A stretch of DNA of 64,000 bases. It comes from Mizuhopecten yessoensis. Taxonomy: Eukaryota. Below, piece after piece: positions 12,501 through 25,969 of this stretch (position 1 is the first letter of the stretch; every line of letters begins with the position of its first letter). The position numbers were made by a program, and so were the translations under genes. Location of the stretch: contig NW_018408638.1 of assembly GCF_002113885.1 (NCBI RefSeq), forward strand, positions 1,307,715 through 1,371,714, read 5' to 3'. The notes beneath the pieces were generated by a model that saw only the letters and a list, made by a program, of their open reading frames with translations, had not been told where the DNA came from and searched no databases.

Positions 12501-15500
12501 TCTAATTAGGAGGCAATTTTGTGTTAGCTTGCTATGTGAAACAGTGGACCAGCTGGTATACATCAGTTTACTACAATACATTTGATTATTAAGATACCGT
12601 GTGACAGTCATGTTCAATGCTTAACACATTAATTACACCATTGTGTTTGGCAGATTCCCAAAGTAAACTGACAGAGAATCAAACACATGCATGTTGATAG
12701 CAGGTTTAGATAATGTTGGTTATGTGTTGTGCTGTAGTTCTGTAAGGTTTCATTAAAGGTATTATGCCACTTGAACAACCTGAAGATTTGGCAGCAATTA
12801 GTTTTGAGTGCATTTTTACTGTGCATATGAATTTACTTAAGTGCAGTTTAATTTTATTTCAGTATTTGTATGTTTCCATATTTTTTTTTTTTAAAAATCA
12901 TATGAACTTTTAAATGCAATGTTAAAATGAGAGAACTTGTCTGTTAAATATTTTCAAAAGACTAGACATATTTAAATGAAAATTGCACAACGGCAATAGG
13001 GTTTAGACTTGAGAATCAAATGTTGTGTAAAGGAAGAATGAAGTCCCCAGGAGGCAGGGCATAAAATGGGGTAATTTGGGATTTCGAGTATTTCTAACCC
13101 TACTCCTCCTAAATATTTGATCATATTTCAACCAAATTTACTTTAAGGCATTCTTAGGACCGGGGAAACAAATGTTGCACAAAGGAAGGGTAATGCTCCA
13201 CCGAATTAGTGAGAGACAGATTAAATTTCCTAGTCAGAGATACTGGCCCTCTGGGTCTCCATCTGTTGTATTACATTGTAGTCAGGTTCTGCTGTATTAT
13301 ATTGTGTCCTGTGCTGTTGTATAACATTGTATCCTGTGCTGTTGTATTACATTGTATCCTGTGCTGTTATATTACATTGTATCCTATGCTGTTATATTAC
13401 ATTATATCCTATGCTGTTATATTACATTGTGTCCTGTGCTGTTGTATTACATTGTATCCTGTGCTGTTGTATTACATTGTATCCTGTGCTGTTATATTAC
13501 ATTGTATTCTATGCTGTTATATTACATTGTATCCTATGCTGTTATATTACATTGTATCCTATGCTGCTGTATCACATTGTATTCTGTGCTGTTGTGTTAA
13601 ATCATAGCCAGGTTATGTATTGCATTGTAACCTGGATCCGTTGTTTTACATTATAGCCTGGTTCTGTTGTATAACATTGAAACCATGATGTGTTGTATTA
13701 CATTATAGCCTGGTTCTGTTGTATTGCATTTTGTATCCTGGATCTGTTGCATTACATTGTAGTCAGGATCTGTTTTATTACAATGTAGCCTTGATCTGTT
13801 GCATTACATTGTAGTCAGAATCTGTTGTATTACAATGTAGCCTTGATCTGTTGTATTACATTGTAATTAGGATCTGTTGTATAACATTGTAGTCAAAATC
13901 TGTTGTATTACATCGTAGCCTGGTCCTGTATAACATTGTAGCCAGGATCTATTGTAGTACATTGTAGCCTGATTCTGTTGTATTACATTGTAGCCTGGTT
14001 ATGTTTTATTGTATTGTAGTCAGGATCTGTTGTATTATATTGTAGCTTGGTTATGTTTTATTGTATTGTAGTCAGGATCTGTTGTATTACATTGTAGCCT
14101 GGTTATGTTGTATTGTATTGTAGTCAGGATCTGTTGTATTATACTGTAGCCTACTTCTGTTGTATTACATTGTAGCCTGGTTCTGTTGTATTGTAGTCAG
14201 GATCTGTGGTATTTTACTGTAGCCTGCTTCTGTTGTATTACATTGTAGCCTGGTTCTGTTGTTTTACATTGTAGCCTGGATCTGTTGTATTACATTATGT
14301 GTTGAAATGGTTATCAGGTCTCCCAATGTTACATGTTGTAAAACGTTTTTACTTTTTTAATGTTGATGTTACTTTTTTTTCAGATGAAAGATGAGTTTAC
14401 CAATTGTGAGAAATACATTAAAGACTATGAAGCAAAGCGGAGGAGAGCCATTCAGAAGTATCAGACAGAGCTGAAACTCAAGGAACAGAAAACCAAGGAG
14501 CATGAAATGCTATTACAACAAATGGAAGATTTAAAGAATAGGTATCTCAAACCCTTTTATAAGTTAACGTTTCTTTTTTATGTTTTGTCATTTATTTGAT
14601 GCATTTGAGATAAGAGGAAATTAAGAATTAATATAACATTGTAATGTTGGAAAATATTAATTTTTGTAGGAGAATGTCAGGATTTTTTGTTACAGGATAA
14701 TAAAGATTGTGTTAGCTTAGGATATCTTACACATAATATAAAGATATTCTATGATTTTGTTCAACTACATGTATTGGATTGAATATCATTCAAATCATCC
14801 TCTTTGTCATTTAATTTTTTTTTAATTTAGATTTTTCAGGATTGAACATTTACTTTCTGTAACAGAATGCAATTGTTCGTTACATCATTGAATATTATTT
14901 TTTAAAGATCATTGTCATACTTTTTCCTTTTAATGATCTTGAGAGTGAAGTAAATTCTATGACACTGGTAGATATTAATGTTTTGGTATTTTTGTTTCAG
15001 ACAAAAGCATTTCGAGCGATCTGTGACGAGATACAAGAAATTTTCAGATTTTTTGATGAGAGTTATAGACATAATGCCAGAAGGTAAGCATACTCTGTAT
15101 CATACAGATAGTCCCGGTTAATCTATTAAACTTGAACATGTTTGACTACTGTTGCGTTTTGAAAGGATGTCCATCAAATATATTGAATAAAAGGATATTT
15201 TCGCCGCAGTTTAACTTTTGCTTTTTTCCGTCTCCCCAATGAGGTCAAACTTATCACGATAGTGAATATTAGATCACAACATAAAATATGTAGAACATTG
15301 TAAATATATGTGAAGGGTGAATCTAGCACTAGGCAAACATAGATTTTACTGACCAGTATTTGACGGGGGAATCTTACCCGCTGTACGATATTTAGAAAAG
15401 AAGTTCGGTCTCCTGTTAATTCAGCAGGTGTAGAAGCTGAATCTAAGTAAAACCAAAAGGTGTCATGTGTTATTTGACCTTTTATTTTTGAAGATTACAT

Positions 15501-18500
15501 TCCTACCACTGACGACAAGGTGAAAGGCCTGATGATGAGACATCGGACATTAAGCGAGTCCAGCAATGCTCTCATCGATAAACTTGAGTCTACTGGTGAT
15601 GAGGTAGGTCATCATGCTGTCCTGAGTGTAAAACTTTTATGGATAGGCTGAAATATGCTAGGTCACCATGTATACATGTTGGCCTGAGTGTAAAGCTTTC
15701 ATAGATAGGCTAAAGTATACTAGGTCACCATGGATACATGTTGTTCTGAGTGTAAAGCTTTTATGGATAGGCTGAAATATGCTAGGTCACCATGGATACA
15801 TGTTGGCCTGAATGTAAAGCTTTCATATGTAAATATGTAACCCTGGATAAATAAAAGATATTATTATTATTATTATTATTATTTCATAGATAGGCTAAAG
15901 TATACTGGTCACCATGGATACATGTTGTCCTGAGTGTAAAGCTTTCATGGATAGGCTGAAGTATGCTAGGTCACCATGGATACATGTTGTCCTGAGTGTA
16001 AAGCTTTCATAGATAGGCTGAAGTATGTAAGGTCACCATGGATACATGTTGTCCTGAGTGTAAAGCTTTCATAGATAGGCTAAAGTATGCTAGGTCACCA
16101 TTGATACATGTTGTCCTCAGTGTAAAGCTTTCATGGATAGGCTGAAGTATGCTAGGTCACCATGGATACATGTTGTCCTGAGGGTAAAGCTTTCATGGAT
16201 AGGCTGAAGTATGCTATGTCACCATGGATACATGTTGTCCTGAGTGTAAAGCTTTCAAAGATAGGCTAAAGTATACTGGTCACCATGGATACATGTTGTC
16301 CTGAGTGTAAAGCTTTCATAGATAGACTGAAGAATGCTACGTCGCCATGGATTCATGTTGTCCTGAGTGTAAAGCTTTCATGGATAGTCTGAAGTATGCT
16401 AGGTCACCATGGATACATGTTGTCCTCAGTGTAAAGCTTTCATGGATAGGCCGAAGTATGCTAGGTCACCATGGATACATGTTGTCCTGAGTGTAAAGAT
16501 TTCATAGATAGACTGAAGTATGCTAGGTCACCATGGATAGATGTTGTACTGAGGGTAAAGCTTTCATGGATAGGCTGAAGTATGCTAGGTTACCATGGAT
16601 ACATGTTGTCCTGAGTGTAAAGATTTCATAGATAGACTGAAGTATGCTAGGTCACCATGGATAGATGTTGTCCTGAGGGTAAAGCTTTCATGGATAGACT
16701 GAAGTATGTTAGGTCACCATGGATACATGCTGTCCTGAGTGTAAAGCTTTCATAGATAGACTGAAGTATGCTAGGTCACCATGGATACATGTTGTCCTCA
16801 GTGTAAAGCTTTCATAGATAGGCTAAAGTATGCTAGGTCACCATCGATACATGTTGTCCTCAGTGTAAAGCTTTCATGGATAGGCCGAAGTATGCTAGGT
16901 CACCATGGATACATGTTGTCCTCAGTGTAAAGCTTTCATAGATAGGCTAAAGTATGCTAGGTCACCATCGATACATGTTGTCCTCAGTGTAAAGCTTTCA
17001 TGGATAGGCTGAAGTGTGCTAGGTCACCATGGATACATGTTGTCCTGAGGGTAAAGCTTTCATGGATAGACTGAAGTATGTTAGGTCACCATGGATACGT
17101 GTTGTCCTGAGTGTAAAGCTTTCATAGATAGACTGAAGAATGCTACGTCACCATGGATTCATGTTGTCCTGAGTGTAAAGCTTTCATGGATAGACTGAAG
17201 AATGCTACGTCACCATGGATTCATGTTGTCCTGAGTGTAAAGCTTTCATGGATAGTCTGAAGTATGCTAGGTCACCATGGATACATGTTGTCCTGAGTGT
17301 AAAGCTTTCATAGATAGACTGAAGAATGCTACGTCACCATGGATTCATGTTGTCCTGAGTGTAAAGCTTTCATGGATAGGCTGAAGTATGCTAGGTCACC
17401 ATGGATAGATGTTGTACTGAGGGTAAAGCTTTCATGGATAGGCTGAAGTATGCTAGGTCACCATGGATACTATCTGTCCTCAATGAAGTTGGTTGGCCAA
17501 GCCTTGATACTTGTTCATTAAGAAGTGTGTTTTGAATTGTTTTCAGATGAAAGACCTGAGACAGGAATTGGACAAAATAAAGGGAGAGCACTCAAACATG
17601 AAGATGTCAATCAACGGCAAATTGGCTCAACTACAGCACAAACATGAACATCAAGAAGAGAGCAACAAGCAAAGTGAGCAACATTTTGCTGCTAACAAGG
17701 GAAATATGAGGTCAAAGGTGAGGCTCTATTTTATTTCTTAATCATTGTTCAGGTATATAACCAAATGAGTTTAAAACAAAAGAGTTACTTGGTTTTTGAC
17801 AGCGTCATATAGGTGTGTAGATGTGTCTAATTCATCGCTGTTTCTAATTATGACCTAACATTTAAACCACAGAGCATCATATCATTTCACAAAACCCCCC
17901 AAAAACACCACTGCAATGTGTGACAGGAGAATTACTGAACTCTTGTTTTTCACTTTTGGTCACAACTAATCATGTGTATCGACTGATCAAGCGTTAATTG
18001 GTGTTGTTAGTTACACTGAATCTGTAAGTAACACAGAGCCTTTTTAAGTTACATTGATGTTATGCTGACATTAGTTACAAATTGATGTTACACTGACATT
18101 AGTTACATTGATGTTATGCTGACATTATTTACATTGATATTTGTTACTTTGATGTTACACTGACATTAGTTAAATTGATGTTACACGGACATTAGTTACA
18201 TTGATGTTATGCTGACATTAGTTACATTGATGTTATGCTGACATTAGTTACATTGATGTTACACTGACATTAGTTACATTGATGTTACACTGACATTTGT
18301 TACACTGATGTTGTTAAGTAAACACTGACCTTGTTTTAGTTAGGCTAACATTTGTATTTACACTGGTGTTACACTGACATTAGTTACATTGATGTTACAC
18401 TGACATTAGTTACATTGATGTTACACTGACATTAGTTACACTGGTGTTACACTGACATTAGTTACATTGATGTTACACTGACATTAGTTACATTGATGTT

Positions 18501-19703
18501 ACACTGACATTAGTTACATTGATGTTACACTGACATTAGTTACACTGGTGTTACACTGACATTAGTTACATTGATGTTACACTGACATTAGTTACATTGA
18601 TGTTACACTGACATTAGTTACATTGATGTTACACTGACATTAGTTACATTGATGTTACACTGACATTAGTTACATTGATGTTACACTGACATTAGTTACA
18701 TTGATGTTACACTGACATTAGTTACATTGATGTTACACTGACATTAGTTACATTGATGTTACACTGATGTTACACTGACATTTGTTACACTGATGTTGTT
18801 AAGTAAACACTAACCTTGTTTTAGTTAGGCTAACATTTGTATTTACACTGGTGTTACACTGACATTAGTTACATTGACATTATACTGACATTAGTTACAT
18901 TGATGTTACACTGACATTAGTTACATTGATGTTACACTGATGTTACACTAACATTTGTTACATTGACATTATACTGACATTAGTTACATTGACATTATAC
19001 TGACATTAGTTACATTGACATTATACTGACATTAGTTACATTGATGTTACACTGACATTTGTTACATTGATGTTACACTGACATTAGTTACATTGATGTT
19101 ACACTGACATTAGTTACATTGATGTTACACTGATGTTACACTGACATTTGTTACACTGATGTTGTTAAGTAAACACTGACCGTGTTTTAGTTAGGCTAAC
19201 ATTTGTATTTACACTGATGATGTATATAACAGAGAACAGAGTTTGGAGTGATCATGATGGCTATAGACAATATAGCAGAGAAGTGCCTTAAAGCCCTCGA
19301 TCCAACAGTGGAGGGGCTCAATTTGGAGCAGAAACTCAAAAAGATTGGGGTAAGGTTCATTCAAAGAAAAAACATAGAACTTGGATAAATGATTTAATCA
19401 CTAGCAACGAAAAAAGTTTTATAATTAACCTCATTTCTGATGAAAAAAAGGGATCAGGTTGAAAAAATAGTTAAATAGAATTGAGAGTATACAAGATTAT
19501 AGTTTGCATCATGATCCGACAGCCTTACAATTGTAGCTGTGTTTTGTATACAGGATCATGTGGTGGAGCGGGAAGACGTGGCCCGCATGGCCACGCCCAG
19601 TGACTCAACCACAGTGAAGGAGAGCAGCAGAGGCAACAGTGCAGACCTCCAAAAGTCTAAAGCCAAGAAAAAAGTACAGGTCGTCGTAACTGGTCCTTCT
19701 TGA
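9511..19703 (+). CDS. DUF4200-family coiled-coil protein (CCDC42/CFAP73/CCDC197-like), 8 exons, ~361 aa
   Basis: Exons 9511-9587, 11780-11999, 14384-14541, 15001-15083, 15494-15603, 17547-17717, 19233-19349, 19554-19703; all GT-AG and phase-compatible (1086 nt). Protein MADTGGYNLDLDNQKRNVFVTQLNER-DDEDEITAFPVVKE...TLLLKKQVEV...EAKRRRAIQKY resembles DUF4200. AATAAA follows the stop. Confidence 0.85.
11145..11325. repeat. ~49-bp tandem repeat, ~3.7 copies (intron 1)
   Basis: GAATTAGATATATCAGCATTTTTCTTTGATCAAATAAATTTTCTGTACA repeated. Confidence 0.9.
12990..13260 (-). mobile_element. Degenerate HINE-like remnant
   Basis: Two AAATGTTG...AAAGGAAG repeat-like units and a terminal GATACTGGCCCTCTGGGTCTC resembling a reversed HINE end. 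Confidence 0.35.
13262..14296. repeat. 25-26-bp minisatellite (CTGTTGTATTACATTGTAGCCTGGT), intron 2
   Basis: About 40 visible units, ending ~85 bp before the exon 3 acceptor. Confidence 0.92.
15605..17470. repeat. 62-bp minisatellite filling intron 5 (~29 copies)
   Basis: Unit TAGGTCACCATGGATACATGTTGTCCTGAGTGTAAAGCTTTCATGGATAGGCTGAAGTATGC; starts at the exon 5 donor. Confidence 0.95.
15828..15881 (+). mobile_element. 5'-truncated non-LTR retroelement tail (54 bp)
   Basis: AATAAA plus an (ATT)n tail, flanked by TSD TTTCATA (15821-15827, 15882-15888) inside one repeat unit. Confidence 0.7.
18005..19220. repeat. 26-bp minisatellite (ACACTGACATTAGTTACATTGATGTT), intron 6
   Basis: Tandem units ending ~10 bp before the exon 7 acceptor; three copies of a ~55-bp non-unit cassette are embedded. 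Confidence 0.93.
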
Positions 19704-19908
19704 TAGAATAAATCCTAGCTTGTTTACTCCTGTTAAAGATGTGGTGCGATTCAAGTTGTTTTATTGGCCAGCCATGTATAAATTACGTAGAATATTATCA
19801 GCAAAACAAGGTGTACATATCTTATGGAAGGAGATGTGGTGAGGGCATAACCTGTGTATATCGACACCTTCCTTAGACTGTATCATTGTACCTGCTAATG
19901 CTTGCGGT

Positions 19909-20310
19909 GTTCACGGCGAAACAAGTACCATTAATCATGATTCACGGCAAAACAAGTACCATTAATTATGTTTCATGGCGAAACAAGTACCATTAACCAT
20001 GATTGAAATTGAATACATACAGCGATACATGTATTGTAATGGATAATACAGCGATACATGTATTGTAATGGATTATACCATGATACATGTATTGTAATGG
20101 ATAATACCATGATACACGTATTGTAATGGATTATACAATGATACACGTATTGTAAAGGATTATACAATGATACACGTATTGTAATGGATTATACCATGAT
20201 ACATGTATTGTAATGGATTATACCATGATACATGTATTGTAAAGGATTATACAGTGATAGATGTTTTGTAATGGATTATACCATGATACATGTATTGTAA
20301 TATGGATTAA
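19909..20310. repeat. Two adjacent minisatellites (~31-bp x3, ~29-bp x10) downstream of the stop
   Basis: TTCACGGCGAAACAAGTACCATTAA... and ATACATGTATTGTAATGGATTATACCATG units. Confidence 0.85.
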
Positions 20311-21889
20311 CAACTGCATCGGTTTGTGTTTTGCCAAAGTAAATATCCACAAATAGGTATATGTATGCATCTAAAAAAATCAAAACAATTTTAGCTATGT
20401 GAAATTCAAAATCTTTTAAGTAGTAATCCAAAGATAGATCATCTTCAAAAACTGAAATTGTAGAAGTTGTAAGCATGTACTTTGTTTAGCCAGACAATAA
20501 ATATTGATGTCATATAGAGCTAGTTATAGGTCTCCCTTACAAACGGGAAGGATAGGGTAAGATTAAATTGTGTGTATAAGTTATGATTGTAATTTACGAG
20601 AACGACGATACGAAAGGTTGATATGGATGCTATCAGGGTACCACAGCTAGAACTTTTTTTCAGAAAATAGTTGTGGGGTGGGGGTGGGGGCCGGGGCAGG
20701 GTGGGGCCGGGCGAGGTGGGGCAGGGTGGGGCGGTGTGGGGTTGGTTTGGAGTAATTACACAATAAATGTACTGATCTCAGGTGATACCTCCGACACCTC
20801 TGACACTAAATAATGATTGCTTTTAAACTTTACATTGATGGTGATCACCTTTGAAGGAACATTCCTTTTTGTTTTTGGAGGTGATGGGATCGGAATGTCT
20901 AAAAAAGAGAGGGAACTAAAACTGAATAGTTTAAAAGAATTAATTGAGTAAAAGATAGGAAGTGGACAAAAGGGGAGAGTGATACATAAGTAGGAAGTCA
21001 GGGAGAAATTTAAAAGTTGTTTGTCTCCCCAGCATTATCTCTGGTGCAGGTAAAAATGATCATACCTGTCACCATGTTACTACACAAGTCCTTTGTTAAA
21101 CAATTTTGTTAGTATCGTTTGTGTGCGAATAATTATTTGTGTTCACATAATTTTCTACAGAGCAGCTTTCAATGTAATTCAGCGACATACTTTAAAGTAA
21201 ATGTTTGTAGAAGTTATGACTTCCACAATATTTGCAGCAGTGGTTTAGACATGACATTTTTACATAATGGACTTATCCAGGTCTGATCAGGTTTCAGCAC
21301 AAATCTTTTTATTGTTTTCATTGTATGTCACAAAAAATTGGAATTGTATATCATAAATCACATTTCACAGAAATTTTGCAAATCAGTACCCAATATATCA
21401 CTGTTGGAGAATTTATGTAATATATGTAGCAAATGTTGTGTTAGTGTACATGTAAGTTGTAGATTCCTTGGTATGTTTTATCATTGTGAATTAGTAAATC
21501 ATATTTTCATGAAGATATTAATTGAACATAAGGGGAGACAACTGTCCATCCTCGTTTCATTGCTGTTGATTTAAGTGATAATTGAGTGTTTGTAAAAAAT
21601 ATCAGCTGATGTCAGAAAGTGACTGTTCCCGATTTTGAAGGTTCTACTTGTAGGTGTTATTACGGTTTTCTGGTTTTCTATTCCTCTGAAATAACTTAAG
21701 ATACCGGCTGTATTACCTTGTGTAAGGAGCTGTAAATCATTAACCTTGCCAAACTACTGTCAAACGAAAACTTGTCATTTACCTTACTGAACGAAATAAA
21801 TAATCTTGTTTAATTATTAAGTCTTCTTTATCATTTGCAAAAACCAGTTTAACAGATTTATCAAATATAGATCTGTGATTGTACAATCG

Positions 21890-22180
21890 ATAGCATATAT
21901 ACAACAACAGACAGTCTGTGTGTGGAAGGAATGGCATATATGCAACAACAGACAGTCTGCGTGTGGCAGGAATGGCATATATGCAACAACAGACAGTCTG
22001 TGCGTGGAAGGAATGGCAGATATACAACAACAGACAATCTGTGTGTGGAATGAAGGGCGTATATACAACAACATACAGTCTGTGTGGGGAAGGAATGGCA
22101 TAAATACAACAACAGGCAGTCTGGGTGTGGAAGGAATGGCATATATACAACAACAGACAGTCTGTGTGTGGAAGGAATGG
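21890..22180. repeat. 41-bp minisatellite x7
   Basis: GGCATATATACAACAACAGACAGTCTGTGTGTGGAAGGAAT units. Confidence 0.92.
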
Positions 22181-22329
22181 CTTTTACTGCATGGTATATT
22201 ATACAATGACAAAATTACATATCAAATGTCGATGTGTGATCATATATATTTACACTTTGTCAACATATTACACTATTTGTTGGTAAACATACATTAAACA
22301 TTGATTTACAATAAACATGTAAAAGCTTG

Positions 22330-23290
22330 TACCGAAAGGAACTAACCATCTGTACGTACCAACAGGAACTAACCACCTGTATGTACCAACAGGGACCAAC
22401 CACCTGTATGTACCAACATGGACCAACCACCTGTGTGTTTTAACAAGGACTAACCACCTGTATGTACAAACAGGGACCATACACCTGTATGTACCAACAG
22501 GGACCAACCACCTGTATGTGCCAACATGGACCAACCACCTGTATGTACCAACAGGGACCATACATCTGTATGTACCAACAGGGACCATACACCTGAGTGT
22601 TTTAACAAGGACTAATCCCATGTATGTACAAACAGGACCTAACCCCCTGTACGTACAAACAGGGACCATACATCTGTATGTACAAACAGGGACTATACAC
22701 CTGTGTCTTAGTGTGTTTTAACAAGGAGTATGTACCAACAGGAACTAACCACCTGTATGTACCAACAGGGACCATACATCTGTATGTACAAACAGGGACC
22801 ATATATCTGTATGTACAAACAGGGACTATACACCTGTGTTTTAACAAGGACTAACCATCTGTATGAACCAATAGGAACTAACCACCTGTATGTACCAACA
22901 GGGACCATACATCTGTATGTACCAACAGGGACCAACCACCTGTATGTACCAACATTGTTCATACATCTGTATGTACAAACAGGGACCATACACCTGTGTG
23001 TTCTAACAAGGACTAACCATCTGTATGTACCATCAGGAACTAACCACCTGTACGTACAAACAGGGACCATACATCTGTATGTACCAACAGGGACCATACA
23101 CCTGTGTGTTTTAACAAGGACTAACCATCTGTATGTACCAACAGGGACCAACCACCTGTATGTACCAACAGGGACCATACATCTGTATATACAAACAGGG
23201 ACCATATATCTGTATGTGCAAACAGGGACCATACACCTGTGTGTTTTAACAAGGACTAAACAACTGTATGTACCAAAAGGAACTTACAAA
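22330..23290. repeat. 27-bp minisatellite (~35 copies)
   Basis: CTGTATGTACCAACAGGGACCAACCAC-type units. Confidence 0.92.
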
Positions 23291-25189
23291 GTTGTCTCTA
23301 CTAATTGCACTTGTTTGTTTATGTACTTTATGTAACAACACAAACCCCTTCACATACAGGCCAGACTTTAGACTGCAGAGTATATCAGCTAACAACCAAG
23401 TTAATTCATATTCCTTCAAGAGTTATTGAAACTAAATTGACAAAAAAATCATTATATAAATAAAGAGTACAATTCCTAATTAAAATCAGGTGGGATGATC
23501 TCTGACTTAATGGCGATTCTACAGATATATCAATACCTGAACATGGTATTTAACTTTAAAAGAGAGCTGTTTACTTAAAGTTTCCCATACCATCTACAGT
23601 AACAGACTGGGGCACACCAACAAGAGTACCACAGACATAAACATACACAGAAATGGGAAAACACGTTCAGTCTGACTGTAACACCCTAACACCAGTGTAG
23701 GAACCAACAGATGTCGTGGTATTCAAACACTTTAAAGGAGAAAAAATCCAGGAATTCAGACTTGAACCAAAGAAATAGGTGGACAATGTGTATTATCTGT
23801 GATTATTCTAAATTAAATAGAAGGTTGTCTACAACTGCATCAATGACAGTACCATCAAATGTTTCTTTTACAAGGCACTAAATATGGTAACATAATCATT
23901 CATGATCTTGTCTGTCATAGGAATAAGCTGAAACTGGACTTCCTTACCCTCTGTGACATCAGACGTTTATTTATAGAGTAATGTATGCAGAAGTTAACAA
24001 TTAACCTCAAGGGCCTTTAATATTTAACAAGGGGAGGGAAATCCGAATGACTGGAGCATTTTTCAAACTCAATTGTCCAACATGAAATATGAGGTAAATA
24101 TTAAGTAGGAAGAATGCCTCTTCCACTAATCCATGGTGTTTACCTCATGAAGATATGGCTGCTCATCAGTGGGCCATTTATTGAATTGCATGTTTTGAGC
24201 AACTTTAAGATATCATACATTTTTATATTTGTTTTCCGTGTTATTGAATACAAAAACTTCAAACACATTACAGGTTTTAAGTTCCTTTTTCTCACTAATC
24301 TTAAAATCAAAACTCTATATTGGTAAAACCTTTCAGAGGCCTTTAGCTTCCTAAACCTCAAACTTTTCAGGTTACACTCTGTTTTATATGCACATAAATG
24401 TTCCACACAATTTAAATGTGACCAGTAATCCAAATAAGGCCTCTCATATTGTTGAACGCTTGACTTTCTTAACACTTTTTTGTGAAAATGTTGTAGTTTA
24501 TGATGGCGCTGATGAAACTGTTTATTCATGAGTAATTGATATAATGTAATAGTTCCTGGAAAGTTTTAACAGAAAAAGAATTATCAACTTGATGATCACT
24601 TACCGGGTAGTTTTGAGGTAAATACAATCAAATATTCTCATATACGTACTACGATGTTACATCCAAGAATCTGTTTCACACCATGCCGACCTACACACCA
24701 AATAGGTGTACCCTATCTTTTGATATGTTTAATTTCTTATAATGGCCGGCACATTCAAAAATACAATTTGTAATTATCATAAATGAAGAAACATATTTTC
24801 AAAGCAACTTTAAAATAAAGGGTGGTAGAATTTCTTACAAAATCAAAACCGGTACAAATACGAGGTCATACAGAACTACAAGTCAAACTGAACAGGGGAA
24901 CACTTTGGGGATATAGATATATAAATATATATGGCATGTCATGTCTGCAATACAGAAATAATGATCAATATATCTATTTAACTTATTGTGGATTTTTCAT
25001 TACAGATTTTTTATAATTTCCTTAAAATACAAACATGACTGAAAAACTAAATAAAAATATATTTATATAGTTACAATAAAATGAGACAATTAATCTGTCC
25101 TCTAAACAAGTAACAGTGAGGCTGTGAAAACATACACTCCAGGAACCTGCAACACCATCATGTAGGGTCTGAATATCATCCCGAGTACA

Positions 25190-25470
25190 AGGGTCTGCTA
25201 ACCATAAGGCTGAGAATCCAAAGGTCTGCTAACAGTCTGCTAACCATTAGGCCTAGAGTCCAAATGTCTGTTAATCATTAGGCCTAGAGTCCAAAGATCT
25301 GCTAACCATTAGGCCTAGAGTCCAGAGGTCTGCTATTCATTAGATCCAGAGTCTAAAGGTCTGCTAACCAATAGGCCCCGAGTCCAAAGGTCTGATTACA
25401 GTCTGCTTAACCTTAGGCCTAGAGTCCAAAGGTCTGCTAACCATTAGGCCCCGAGTCTAAAGGTCTGCTT
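25190..25470. repeat. ~31-bp minisatellite
   Basis: GGTCTGCTAACCATTAGGCCTAGAGTCCAAA units. Confidence 0.85.
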
Positions 25471-25969
25471 AGTAACCCAATCATACAAAGCCTAATTTCT
25501 ACTTTGCCCTGGTTCCAGTTGTAAGTTGAATGACCATTAGTTCCAGGATTAATATCAATAAGCTGAACGACTAGTTGGAGCAATGCGTTAAGATCTGTAC
25601 ACCAAAAAAAAACTGGCTCTAAAATCACCTTCAAACTCTGGTTGAGATTTTAACCAGTCACAAGTATCCATTGACCACTGCTTTAACTGCTGCAGACCAT
25701 GCAAAATGTCCATCATGTCTACTCACCAAAACTAAATGGTCACTGTGTCTGATTGTAGATCACAATGGAATCATGTGAAAAAATACAGAAAACAACATAT
25801 GTTTTAAAATCAAGCTAAGTAAAACATAAAATCTATCAAATACACAAAAACTAGAAAAGAGCAGTGGAATCACATTTCTAAGGAGATCAGTGAAAAACAT
25901 CTGATAATATAAGGCCTCTCATGTAAAGTCAATAAATATAAAAGTCCATGTGTCCATGTGAGACATGAA

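Noticed and set aside
13209-13656. Cys/Tyr/Leu-rich ORFs
   Set aside because: 25-bp minisatellite translations.
19701-19706. TGA as a readthrough or selenocysteine codon in the CCDC42-like gene
   Set aside because: Immediately followed by TAG and AATAAA; an ordinary tandem stop.
22268-23335. ORFs up to 201 aa on both strands
   Set aside because: 27-bp minisatellite; unit length divisible by three gives open frames with no domain signal.
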